Source: Paramoeba atlantica
Taxonomy: Eukaryota; Protista; Discosea
NCBI GenBank assembly: GCA_977017575.1
Contig: CDRNVI010000040.1
Span: 558,001-622,000, forward strand
Direction: 5' to 3'
DNA length: 64,000 nucleotides
The translations under genes were made by a program, and so were the position numbers. The notes under the pieces are model-generated. The model was not told where the DNA came from. It did no database searches and saw only the letters and a program-made list of their open reading frames with translations. Below are positions 21,105-31,296 of the stretch, piece after piece (the stretch's first letter is position 1; each line of letters starts with the position of its first letter).

Positions 21105-21838
21105 GTCGCATATCCCACTACGCTTTCTACTGTACTGACCTCCAACTTGGGGATCCAATCTTTTGGTCTTGTAGAAGTCTTTCTAGTACTGGCACTCCAG
21201 TAATTTAGTACAGGAACTCTACTTACTCGCATGTACTCGCCAAATCGTATGTACACGCCGTACTCGCTAAGGTATGCACTTAAGAATAGTGAAACTTTCC
21301 TTACTTTCATTATTAAAGTAATATTAGAAGGCACTTAAGTGTTAAAAGATCGATGGACGCTTGAATGTCTGTTGTAGGCTTCTCAAAAACTCGATTCAAT
21401 CCAATGTAGATATGCTTTGCTTTGCTCAAACAAAGGCTCTTATCACGCGCTCTTGTCTTGTCTTTCATGTTCAGCCTTTTGCCTTTCGAAATCCTCACAG
21501 AAACTTCGATAGATTTGGGACAAAATGTGGCACTTTTTCTCAGAGGCGGCCTTGGAATTTCTAGTGACCGGGTAGGCTGGGTATCCGGTGAAGAGAACCG
21601 TATTAAGCTATCTCTCTCAAACTTCTGAATGGCAAGTTCGAATTATTGAGAATTTATTGATCACCTTTTCTTACAATCATGCATTTACAAAACTCAATTA
21701 ATTTAATAGTACGGATTGTACGGCAGTACAGCATGCAATTGTACATACAACATGTTCCGCGTATTTTATTTATGTTCCAACGTGTACAGTATTCTCCTTT
21801 GCCTTTGATTCCATACGTACACTGTATTTACTCACAGT

Positions 21839-24124
21839 ATGACCCAAGAATCTTCGAAATCGAAAGCTCGAAAGCAAGAAAAGCTATATACTTTATGGGG
21901 CGGACACCTACGCTTGTATCCGCAAGATACCACGAAAGGCAGAATGAAGTTTAACAGGATGTTACAAGCACGTGAGCAACTCGAGCAAGTTGTCCGGCGG
22001 CACTATCCTGGAGCCCATGTGTATGTTTTTGGGAGCTGTGTTGCGCACCAAATGTGGGACGGAGACTCCGACATTGACTTCACATGTATCGATCCGAATG
22101 CATGGGCGAAAGGGCGCTGGCCTCCTCACAACGAGAGGTTGGTTATTTTAGAATGCAGTTCGACATTGGGTAGGCTTGCGGAACCCCGTCACGTACTATC
22201 CATCACGGGTGCACGTGTTCCAATTCTAAAGTATTCGAAAATTCGGGGTGAGAAGAAGAATAACCTGAACCAAGTATCGCTTATCGAGTACTGCGGCACG
22301 GATGTGCCTCAGGGAAACGGAAACGAGGAAGGCAACTCTCTCTGTCTCATCGTAATATTTCAAAAACCTGGGTACAGTGGCGATCTCTTAACTCAATCTC
22401 AAGAAAATGTTGGAAAACGGATACAGGAAATGCTGCCGGATGTACCGTTATTATTTAATTGGAGCGGAGATCATGGGAATTACCTAACTATTACATTTCC
22501 AGAGCAGAAGTATGTATTCGATGCTTACGTAAAGCTGAGAACCACGCCAAAAATTGGTCCTGCACCGATAGCCTCCGTTGTGTTATCCCTTAAGACTTTA
22601 TCTAATCAAGCAGGACTTTCTAATGAGACTCATCGACAAGCCCTAGCCCGTATAGCTCTCTTCTCAGTAGATTTTGATCTAAGCACACGCGCGTTTGGAC
22701 TTCGAAATAGCTACCTGCTTCAACGATACATCCAACAGAATCCAATGGTTAGTGTCGGTGCTCATGCGATTAAGAACTGGAGCAAATGCACAGGCCTGAA
22801 CAATAGTTCATGTGGCTGGCTATGTACATATGCTTTTCACGTTATGTGGCTACACTTTCTCCTTCGCGAGGGCGTAGTAGAGTATGTATCCCCTGAGAGC
22901 ATTCCTGAAAATCCATTACTCTTGCCCGTTGCACCACAATATAATCCATGTTACCTTCCCAACGAACTTTGGGGAAAGATGGGTCGTTTATTGCAAAACT
23001 TTTTCCATTATTTTGCCAATGATTTTTCCTGGGATTCGCACGTTATAACTATTAATCGCAAAAAGTCCACAATGAAAGAATTCCTTAAGTGGGGAAGCGA
23101 TGCAGGACAATCGGGTTCGAGAAAAAAGTCCCTGCAATATTACGTAGCGATTGAAGACCCTTATGAAGTTGACTTCAATTTGGGAAGACACATGAGTTGG
23201 CAGCGATATAGCTTTATGAAAGAAAAATTTGTAGAGGCTAGCAATGAGTTAGGCACAAAGGACCCTTTGCGATGTACTCTTTTCTCACCTGTGTTCAGCA
23301 AGGAGGAAAAAGAAACTGCTGTTCACATGGCTTCTCTTGCACTCGAGATTGTTAGGCGTTTAGAGTCAGTACCGTTCCGACAACTTATGGATCTTGTGGA
23401 AACTAAGGTGGCAGATCTACCCGGAGCAGAGCACTATATCTCCATTCTCCGAAGCGCGCTGAAATCTGTTCGATTGTTTCGTTGTGCAGGTCTATTACTC
23501 GATGACACTGATGAAGTGCGTCTTCCGAGAACTCCGGAAGAAGAGAGGTCCGTTAAGAAAGAAAGAAAAATCATCAGAAAAAGTATGGATCTGGTAAACG
23601 ACTTCGATAAAAAATTAAAACATTTCACTTCCGACAAGAAAAAAAAAGTTAGAGAACGAGAACGGCCGAAAAAGATTAGAGAGAGGCTAAAGCGTATGGA
23701 AGCTAAATCTCAAGAAAAGCTAAAACATCAAGAAGTAAAGACTAAACCTATTACATCCAGCACATTGCCAAATGACGTATGCAACTCTAAGGTAAATACT
23801 CCATCAATACAGCCGGAGGATAACGCTAGAGAGCAAGGTACGGACAAGCATCCAGAATTCTCACAATCTTGTACAAGCAAATTTAGTGCGCAGAGGCAAC
23901 AAGTTTGGACAGAAACCTTGCTGACGAAGATGAGTAAAGGCTTGTCAAACACTGAGTATTCAAACCCCTTCGTTGTTGAACCTGTGGGTGATGTAAAGCC
24001 ACAGAAACCTCAAAGTCTTGAAGTTCCTCTCGGAATGTCAACAAACCTTCGAACACATGATCTTGGACATATGTTTCAGCCATCGCAATGCTGGAGCCTA
24101 CGCATGCTTACTCGTCGTCGATAA
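21839..24124 (+). CDS. RET1: 3' terminal uridylyltransferase, RET1 (KRET1)-like
   Basis: VFGS...WDGDSDIDF...GRWPP, ARVPILK, FDLSTRAFGLRNS.LL, WSK.TGLNNS and IEDPYE..FNLGR match remembered kinetoplastid RET1 motifs. Confidence 0.8.
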   Translation: MTQESSKSKARKQEKLYTLWGGHLRLYPQDTTKGRMKFNRMLQAREQLEQVVRRHYPGAHVYVFGSCVAHQMWDGDSDIDFTCIDPNAWAKGRWPPHNERLVILECSSTLGRLAEPRHVLSITGARVPILKYSKIRGEKKNNLNQVSLIEYCGTDVPQGNGNEEGNSLCLIVIFQKPGYSGDLLTQSQENVGKRIQEMLPDVPLLFNWSGDHGNYLTITFPEQKYVFDAYVKLRTTPKIGPAPIASVVLSLKTLSNQAGLSNETHRQALARIALFSVDFDLSTRAFGLRNSYLLQRYIQQNPMVSVGAHAIKNWSKCTGLNNSSCGWLCTYAFHVMWLHFLLREGVVEYVSPESIPENPLLLPVAPQYNPCYLPNELWGKMGRLLQNFFHYFANDFSWDSHVITINRKKSTMKEFLKWGSDAGQSGSRKKSLQYYVAIEDPYEVDFNLGRHMSWQRYSFMKEKFVEASNELGTKDPLRCTLFSPVFSKEEKETAVHMASLALEIVRRLESVPFRQLMDLVETKVADLPGAEHYISILRSALKSVRLFRCAGLLLDDTDEVRLPRTPEEERSVKKERKIIRKSMDLVNDFDKKLKHFTSDKKKKVRERERPKKIRERLKRMEAKSQEKLKHQEVKTKPITSSTLPNDVCNSKVNTPSIQPEDNAREQGTDKHPEFSQSCTSKFSAQRQQVWTETLLTKMSKGLSNTEYSNPFVVEPVGDVKPQKPQSLEVPLGMSTNLRTHDLGHMFQPSQCWSLRMLTRRR

Positions 24125-24195
24125 ACTATTGCGTTTTTATCCGGTTGTTGATTCTCTTCATGTGTTCCTATTGATGTGGGAAATCGACAGTACAG

Positions 24196-24213
24196 CTCTC
24201 TCTCTCTCTCTCT
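24196..24213 (+). repeat. (CT)9 microsatellite / polypyrimidine tract
   Basis: ctctctctctctctctct in the intergenic region, where trans-splicing/polyadenylation pyrimidine tracts are expected. Confidence 0.7.
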
Positions 24214-24614
24214 AATGCATCGATAGTGCGGTTTTGTATGAGGATTTTATATTTTGAGATACTTTAGAAAAACTTTGATGGTTGAAGATCCCAGAGGAAG
24301 AGAGATTCCCTTGATCATTGGATATCTTGTAGCCATGTTTCTATGAACCTTGCTCTCTGAAATGAAATTTTAAACACAAGGTACCCGACTTGTATAAAAA
24401 TTATGCTGTGTATTACATACACAGTATAACGATTGCGTGTAGTATAACGATTGCATTGGAATAGTTCTATTCTATCATCTTTTTTTAATATATTTCTGCT
24501 TAAACGCTAGAAGTCGTTTTGTCCGTTCGTGAAATTTGCTACACATTTCATTAACAATACTAAAAATGTTATTCCAGTAGGTACTGCGCTTCCTCTCTAA
24601 CACAACGATAACGT

Positions 24615-25211
24615 ATGGCGCTGCAAGCCGTGTTTAGTTTCATTCGTTTACCACGAACAACACTTTTTCTGTTGTATTGGTGTCTTTCGCACTACATAGT
24701 GTCACTTTACTACTGGTGGACTTTTCTCTGGGTTGAAACTTCTCTTTTAGGTTCAACCATAGCTTTGGTTTACGCCATTTGTCTGAGCACGGGGGCCGCA
24801 CTTTACCTATTCGGCGCTTCGGCCTGTTGGATGCAGGTCTATCGTTTCGGACATGAAATGCTTCCAAATGAGAGACGTCGTCGAATCACACTGGGATTCG
24901 CTCTTATATATTTTCCACACATTCTTCCTTGCTGGATAGTGGAGGCCTACCTTGTGCACTTGCATGGATTTCTTTGCAACACACAGTGTTTATGTTTTAT
25001 TATCTCAACAGTAACGTGGATCACATTCTCTATGTGTATTTGGTTATCCTACACTTGGTTTATGGCTAGATTCTTGAACTTTCGCTTTGGAGATCATGAT
25101 GACAATGAAACGATGGCGGGTAGTGACACTGACTCTATTCGCACGGAGTCCAGTCTTCGGTCTTTTTCGTACCGACCTGTTTCACAAAATAGAAAGTTGG
25201 ACAACTTTTAG
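24615..25211 (+). CDS. Hypothetical multi-pass membrane protein
   Basis: 198-aa ORF with about four hydrophobic helices and a polar C-terminal tail. Confidence 0.7.
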   Translation: MALQAVFSFIRLPRTTLFLLYWCLSHYIVSLYYWWTFLWVETSLLGSTIALVYAICLSTGAALYLFGASACWMQVYRFGHEMLPNERRRRITLGFALIYFPHILPCWIVEAYLVHLHGFLCNTQCLCFIISTVTWITFSMCIWLSYTWFMARFLNFRFGDHDDNETMAGSDTDSIRTESSLRSFSYRPVSQNRKLDNF

Positions 25212-25497
25212 GCCTCATAGGAAACATTCTACGTAATTTTTTTAATGGAAAATGACAGGTTCGTGCTCTTATAAATACAGACCGATATTGAGACCAATTA
25301 GACTGTCTTAGGGCGAAAAGCTTCCGAGATTTCTAATTTCCACTATTAAATTTCGTCTGTCCATCCATTAAACTTCGTTTAATTTTTTTTTTGATATGCC
25401 ACGCCAAATCTAGTTCTAGGTCTTTTCGAGTATCCTACTAGTTTTGCATTCGATGACCTATATTATTTTACTTTCAACCATAATTTCTTATTTTGAA

Positions 25498-25872
25498 ATG
25501 GGAAAGAAACGTCGCGAAAGGCAGAAACAATTGAATGAGCAAACAATGAAACTGCAAAAACGCCTTGATGAACAGCGATTTCAAAAGCTTGAGAAAACGA
25601 AGAGGAAGCGCACACGTTATGAAATGGAGTCTTCGATCACTAAACAGGCACATCTGAAGAATACAGCTTGCACAATAGAAACGGAAAAAACACAAAAACA
25701 TTTAAGCAAGAGAGCGCGTGGATTATTGAGGAAGCGTCTGAAGTCAAACGCCCCTAGAAAACAGGAAAACGTTCTTCAACAAAAGCCCGCATCACTAGAA
25801 AAGGACATTGGTTGTTCAGGGAATGATATGATATGTGATGAAGGGCCAACCATTAAACGAAGAAGAACTTAG
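25498..25872 (+). CDS. Small basic hypothetical protein (possibly nucleolar)
   Basis: MGKKRRERQKQ..., Lys/Arg-rich, in gene-sense orientation. Confidence 0.55.
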   Translation: MGKKRRERQKQLNEQTMKLQKRLDEQRFQKLEKTKRKRTRYEMESSITKQAHLKNTACTIETEKTQKHLSKRARGLLRKRLKSNAPRKQENVLQQKPASLEKDIGCSGNDMICDEGPTIKRRRT

Positions 25873-26067
25873 CCTCAAGCTATACTCGGTCTTTCAGAAT
25901 AAAGTTTATTCTGCTTATTAAACTGGTTTTCCGGCGAGACATTTTTCTGCATACATCTATTTTCCAGACAGTATTATCTTCTAGGTAGTGTTGATCACTA
26001 TAAATAAAGATCACCATACATTGTGTATTTAGATTGTTTGTTTTTATACTTTTACAGTATAGGAAGT

Positions 26068-27948
26068 ATGGAAATTGATGATATAGGAGATCGCGACGTC
26101 AGTGAGTGGAAAACTGGGGTCTGGAAAAAGGAGAAAGACTTTTCCGAAGAGGCTAATGCCGTAAACAATCGAATCCTACTATCGTTCAAATCCTTTTCGA
26201 AGGTTCTAGAAAAATTACCGGATGAATCGTCTATCGAGGAACCAGGAAAGCTCTTAGATAGTAGAATAGCGCCTGAAATCTCTTGCCTTATACCATCAGC
26301 GACATGGCTCTGCCAACATCAGAGTGATATGGAGCATTTGTCAAATCTTTCTAGCGAAGAAATGCTCCTTCGAAATGATCTTATTGCATTTCTGAATATG
26401 GAGAAAAGGGCACGTTTAGCAGGGGACATTGACACTGTGACTTTTATTTCGCAGCAACTTCTTCGAATATATAAATTGGCTTCCCGATATCTAGATATGG
26501 TAGATCTCATGGAATTCTTTCTTCAAAGACGTGGTCAGGCAGCGAAAACTCAAGCAACTATTGTTGGTGAATGTTACGACGGTTTGCAGCAATTATCAGA
26601 CAATTTAATACCCGTTTCAAATGAACTGATCGCTGAGACTGTTCCGGAAATTGAGACATTGCTCTTACCGTTGCTGCGTCGTTTTTCAAAGGCCACTCGT
26701 AGTAAGCTCCATGTGGAGTTAGAGCACACATACAGTACGCTTCGTCTAGTTAAGGTCCTCGTTGAACTAAGTTCTAACGAACAGTCTGACTCTCAGGTAA
26801 TGTCTTTAAAAAATGAAGCTTTCGAACTGCTACAAGACTTGCAAATTGAAAATGTATCATCTATGGCTCGTGGAGAAAGAACGCTGAATCTACTTTATCA
26901 CATAGCTTTTTGTATCTACATGCAAGATTATCCTCGATCTGGGCTTCTGCTGCGAAAAATTGGACCTCAAGCATTGGAAGAGGCCTCAAAAAAGCAATTC
27001 GACATTCCACGTTTTTGCAAAAATGGGAATAATAAAGAGTTCCTATTTCACGACGAGATACGTCCATGTAAGAGTTCGACTGAATTTTACCTACGGTGCC
27101 GCATTTTATATCATATGCATAATTCACAATACTCAGAAGTCGCCCGTTGCTGGTGGGAATGGTCATATCATTTGAGAGAACTTAAAGAGCTTCTCTTGGC
27201 TTCATCTGATGAAGAACAGTCAAGCGATACTGTATCAAAAGTAACATTTGCAATCAGGATTACATATCAAAAGGCGGTACTTTTTCTTCTAATCTGTAGC
27301 AATGCGGATTTCAAACGCGGAAACACTGGGGAAGTTTTCCCGTCTACGTTAACGGCTCCAGTTCCTGATCCATTGGAAAGAACCAAGTGGATTTCGGAAT
27401 TAGCATCGCAAAGTGTGTTGTCAGGTTATCACGCGAAAGATTTGTCTCAAATTGATCACTCAGTTGATAAACAATCTCTTTTTTCGATGACGCTGTTAAA
27501 GGACCTAGCTATGGACTTTCTTGGCAAGTCGCCTATTTCGTCGGTAAAAGCAGATGAAAAATATTTTTCGCCGTTGAGTAAACACCCTTTCTTTAATTCT
27601 TACCCTGAGCTTCTAGCCAAAATTTGTACGCAGTTAATGTCGCATAATGTTATCCTTCTTTCAAAATGTTACACACGATGCACTCTTCAGAAATTATGCG
27701 AGTTGCTTGAACTTCCAATCGCAAATATTGAAATTATTCTCATGAACCTCGTCAGTGAGGGCGCTATGCATGCAAAAATTGACCGTGCGCGTGGCATTGT
27801 TGTGTTTGAAAGTGTTAGGAATGCTGACGCTTCTGTAACGGAACAATGGTCCTTGAAGCTGGAAAAATTATATCAGTGCATAAATGAAACGTGCCACCTC
27901 ATTGCCAAAGAAAGGATGCAATCCGGACTTCACCGTACTGTCGCGTGA
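26068..27948 (+). CDS. RPN5: 26S proteasome lid subunit RPN5/PSMD12
   Basis: MEKRARLAGD, LQDLQIE and a PCI domain (HNVILLSKCYTR..L..L.ELL...AKIDRARGIVVF). Confidence 0.88.
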   Translation: MEIDDIGDRDVSEWKTGVWKKEKDFSEEANAVNNRILLSFKSFSKVLEKLPDESSIEEPGKLLDSRIAPEISCLIPSATWLCQHQSDMEHLSNLSSEEMLLRNDLIAFLNMEKRARLAGDIDTVTFISQQLLRIYKLASRYLDMVDLMEFFLQRRGQAAKTQATIVGECYDGLQQLSDNLIPVSNELIAETVPEIETLLLPLLRRFSKATRSKLHVELEHTYSTLRLVKVLVELSSNEQSDSQVMSLKNEAFELLQDLQIENVSSMARGERTLNLLYHIAFCIYMQDYPRSGLLLRKIGPQALEEASKKQFDIPRFCKNGNNKEFLFHDEIRPCKSSTEFYLRCRILYHMHNSQYSEVARCWWEWSYHLRELKELLLASSDEEQSSDTVSKVTFAIRITYQKAVLFLLICSNADFKRGNTGEVFPSTLTAPVPDPLERTKWISELASQSVLSGYHAKDLSQIDHSVDKQSLFSMTLLKDLAMDFLGKSPISSVKADEKYFSPLSKHPFFNSYPELLAKICTQLMSHNVILLSKCYTRCTLQKLCELLELPIANIEIILMNLVSEGAMHAKIDRARGIVVFESVRNADASVTEQWSLKLEKLYQCINETCHLIAKERMQSGLHRTVA

Positions 27949-28462
27949 AGTTTATACCGAAGCTACTATCCAAGCAAGATCGTTGCGTGATAATGGAAGT
28001 ATTACTACATTTCATTTCAATCCCTACTTCGGTTATGCTTCAAAACAATGATTACATATTTTTGCGTGTAGTTTGTAAAAATATAGTCCGCACGGGGAGA
28101 TAAAAGAATTGTTCAAGGCTAAATCAAATACTAAAAGGTGAACTTTCTATTTTTATCATACATTCGATATTTAATTACTCATCAAGTTGCAAAACATAGT
28201 TGGACCTATATTTTATACGACATCACCTTATTCGCAGTGTACGTAGTGAATACAGTACGTATTCACAGTGCATCAAGCACATGGTATACCTACATAGCTG
28301 TGTGAGAATATAAAGTGATATTGATTGAGTCATTTCTCTTTGTTTTACATGGCGCAATTTTCAGAGTTATAAAGTCTTTTAAGAAGAACAATAAATTTTC
28401 CTTCAAATATTCGAAACTAAACTAGAAATTGAACGACACCTTTTTGATCGTTTACTTTTTTT

Positions 28463-29983
28463 ATGTTTCGCGCTTGCTTGCGTTCGCTTCGTGTTTCTGC
28501 TCCCGTACCTCGTCCAATAAGCTCCAGCGATCAACTTTCAAGGGAATCTTATGGCAACACCCGTGGCGGCTACAACAAAGAACTTTCCATAAAATACGAC
28601 AAAGTCACAGAAGAAAACCGCTACGAATCCCTCGATCTCATCCTCGAAACCCTCAGCACCCACAAAGGTCGTCGTCAGTACCCCATGCGTCTTAACCTCC
28701 GACCCCTCGGCGCCCGTCTCCGTCAAATGCAACTCGACTGGCATGACCTTAAAACCCTTCCCCGGTCCGAGCGTCTGATGGTCTTCGACGCCCTCCGTCT
28801 CACCCCCGCCCAACGCACCATCCTGGCCCTCGCCCTCCACGTCCACCTCTGCGGGGTACTCACCCAGAGTTCCCTCTCCTCCGCGCCCCAGACGTACTGC
28901 ACCCGCGCGGGTCGGGTCGCGCACGGTGGGCGCTGCGGGGAGGACGGCCACACCGCCTCGTGCTACTTCGAGCACAAGCTCGTGGCCCGGTCGGCTCACT
29001 CGGGCGGAGCCGCGGGCAGTGCCACCCACGCCGCCTCGCTCTCCCGGCATCGGAGTATGCAGGACGGGGTGGTGGTGGAGACCCGGGCGATGCCCCCGTT
29101 GGAGATCGTGGGGAGGCGGCGGCAGGAGTACCGTGCGCGGGTGTGGGAGCCGGGGCCGGGGCCATCGCGGTTTGTGGTGCAGACGATGGGGTTCGATTTT
29201 AGGGTACACCCGGAGGATCCGAGATATGATGCACAGGTGATTGCCCCGGCGGTGGAGTGGGATACGCACGCGGAGAAGCTACGGCACGTGTTGGGGGAGT
29301 TGTTGGAGGTGCATGGGACGGAGAAAGGGGTGCCGCAGCCGTTGGAGATTCGACCGGGGGAGTTGCAGCCGGATATGGCCTACACGTTGAATTATGCTCC
29401 GGATCCGGATGGGACGGTGGTGGAATACCGGATGGTGGATCAGCAAGGGGTACTGCGGCCGTGGTTTATGGTGCCCCCTCCGCAGAGGTTTTTGCGTGGG
29501 GTGCCCGTGGATGTACCATTTGCACCCTCTGTTATCATTAAAGTTACCGCGAACGCGCCGAAGCCAGAAGGTGGGAAGGAGGAGTGGTTTTCCGATCCCA
29601 AACTTTCGCGAGCAAAGAGCACCAGTGGCGATGGCTCTTCAAGGTCACAACAGCCGGAGTCGAATAGAAATTCGCAGAAGTCTCAATCGGAGTACATCAG
29701 CCCCACCCTTGCGATTGACGATCCCGGGCGACTTCCGCTTCAGGTCACGATTATGGTACATGATCTGGCATGTTTTCGACTACCCCCGGAGAAGGAATCA
29801 ACTCTTATGCAATATTTAGTGGATTATGCAAGTCAAATTCCTTTTAGTCTTCCATTTTATTTATACTACCGCGTCGATTCCATTGACGTACTCCGAGCTA
29901 ATCCGGACGTACAACAATATCAAAGGAATATGCTAAGTGCTGAAAAAAACGGGCTCAACTTTCGAGTAAAGAAAAACTTTTAG
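28463..29983 (+). CDS. Hypothetical protein, probably mitochondrial
   Basis: 506-aa ORF with a presequence-like N-terminus (MFRACLRSLRVSA). GC-rich core with a strong C-to-G skew switch. Confidence 0.7.
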   Translation: MFRACLRSLRVSAPVPRPISSSDQLSRESYGNTRGGYNKELSIKYDKVTEENRYESLDLILETLSTHKGRRQYPMRLNLRPLGARLRQMQLDWHDLKTLPRSERLMVFDALRLTPAQRTILALALHVHLCGVLTQSSLSSAPQTYCTRAGRVAHGGRCGEDGHTASCYFEHKLVARSAHSGGAAGSATHAASLSRHRSMQDGVVVETRAMPPLEIVGRRRQEYRARVWEPGPGPSRFVVQTMGFDFRVHPEDPRYDAQVIAPAVEWDTHAEKLRHVLGELLEVHGTEKGVPQPLEIRPGELQPDMAYTLNYAPDPDGTVVEYRMVDQQGVLRPWFMVPPPQRFLRGVPVDVPFAPSVIIKVTANAPKPEGGKEEWFSDPKLSRAKSTSGDGSSRSQQPESNRNSQKSQSEYISPTLAIDDPGRLPLQVTIMVHDLACFRLPPEKESTLMQYLVDYASQIPFSLPFYLYYRVDSIDVLRANPDVQQYQRNMLSAEKNGLNFRVKKNF

Positions 29984-30170
29984 CTCCACGAAATATTAAA
30001 TGTGCGTCCGAATGTATTTTCAACACCTTACCTTCGTGTGTTAATTCCTTATTCAAGACTCTCTTGCTCCTAGACTTAATGCATTATTTCCTTTTACCCG
30101 TTTCACTCTTTTCAACGAAATAACCCCTTTTTCTCTTTTTGTTCGTCATTTACATTTCTCCCTCCTTACA

Positions 30171-30998
30171 ATGCTTGTTACAATTACTCAAAAAGTCTAT
30201 ACACGCGATGTTGTACCTTGTGATAGGCTTCGTCTTGGGAAGGCTCGGGCCTCCCTGCTCTCTGACGAGGATATCTTCCAAAAATTTGTGGCACAACTTA
30301 CGCACAGTCCCTCCTCATGGAACACCCGTCACAGTGTTTGTCGCTGGGAGGGAGTGCTGTGTGACGCCCCGTCCAAAGTCAGCGCCCTGTTGTGGCGAGG
30401 ATTTGCCCTCCGAGGCAACTTAAGCTGGTCTTATGCTCCCTCTGAGCTCACCCGGATAAACATCGGAGGTCACCCCGAGAGGAGGAGTGCCTTGACCGGG
30501 GAGATTCCCACCCCTGTTCTCACGGATACGCTTTCAACGATCCGTCTTGCGTGTGCTCTTTTTCGTGGTCCGGTAAATTTGGAAGTCCTCCCGAATTCCC
30601 TAACAGAGCTCGACTTGGGTACCAATCACTTTGGCGGGGAGATATCCCTCAGTCTTCTACCACCCCAGCTTAATCTACTTTGTCTGCGACGTAACCTGTT
30701 TGGAGGTTTCGTGAACCTAGGTGCTCTCCCTCCCTATTTGATTGGGCTGTACCTGGAGCACAACCAATTCTGTGGTGAAATTATTGACGTTTCTCGTTTA
30801 CCTCCTCGTCTAACTGAGCTGGATTTGTCGTATAACCAGTTCACGACAATGATCCCTGTCGCAGGTCGCGTGTCCTCTGCGCTCGCTGTTCTTGATATCT
30901 CGCATAACGCCTTGGGCGGGCATCTGGATCTTAGGCGTGTACCAGCTTCCGTTTATATTTCTCATGAAGGAAATCCGTACGACGAAGTAAGAGAGTAG
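30171..30998 (+). CDS. Leucine-rich repeat protein
   Basis: CRWEGVLC N-cap and LPxxLxxLxLxxNxFxG repeats. Confidence 0.88.
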   Translation: MLVTITQKVYTRDVVPCDRLRLGKARASLLSDEDIFQKFVAQLTHSPSSWNTRHSVCRWEGVLCDAPSKVSALLWRGFALRGNLSWSYAPSELTRINIGGHPERRSALTGEIPTPVLTDTLSTIRLACALFRGPVNLEVLPNSLTELDLGTNHFGGEISLSLLPPQLNLLCLRRNLFGGFVNLGALPPYLIGLYLEHNQFCGEIIDVSRLPPRLTELDLSYNQFTTMIPVAGRVSSALAVLDISHNALGGHLDLRRVPASVYISHEGNPYDEVRE

Positions 30999-31296
30999 CT
31001 ACTAACCTGAGGTCCATGGACACAAAAAGGGAAAATATTAAACAGAGAATGAACCATGTAATTCTACATTGTTATCACATACCTCTTTTTTTTATATTGT
31101 GTAACGTCGTACAAGTGCATCCCTTTTTGTAAATCGTTGTTTTATTTAGGCTGCTATTTTGACCAACACGGAAAAATGAAAAGCTACTGCATGTGGAGAG
31201 ATAAGTTATTGTTTTACCTCCAATTTTCCGTGGTCATTTTCTAGCTTCTAGTCGCAACATTTGAGTGTCTTTGATTTTTGATTGGATTTTTTATCT

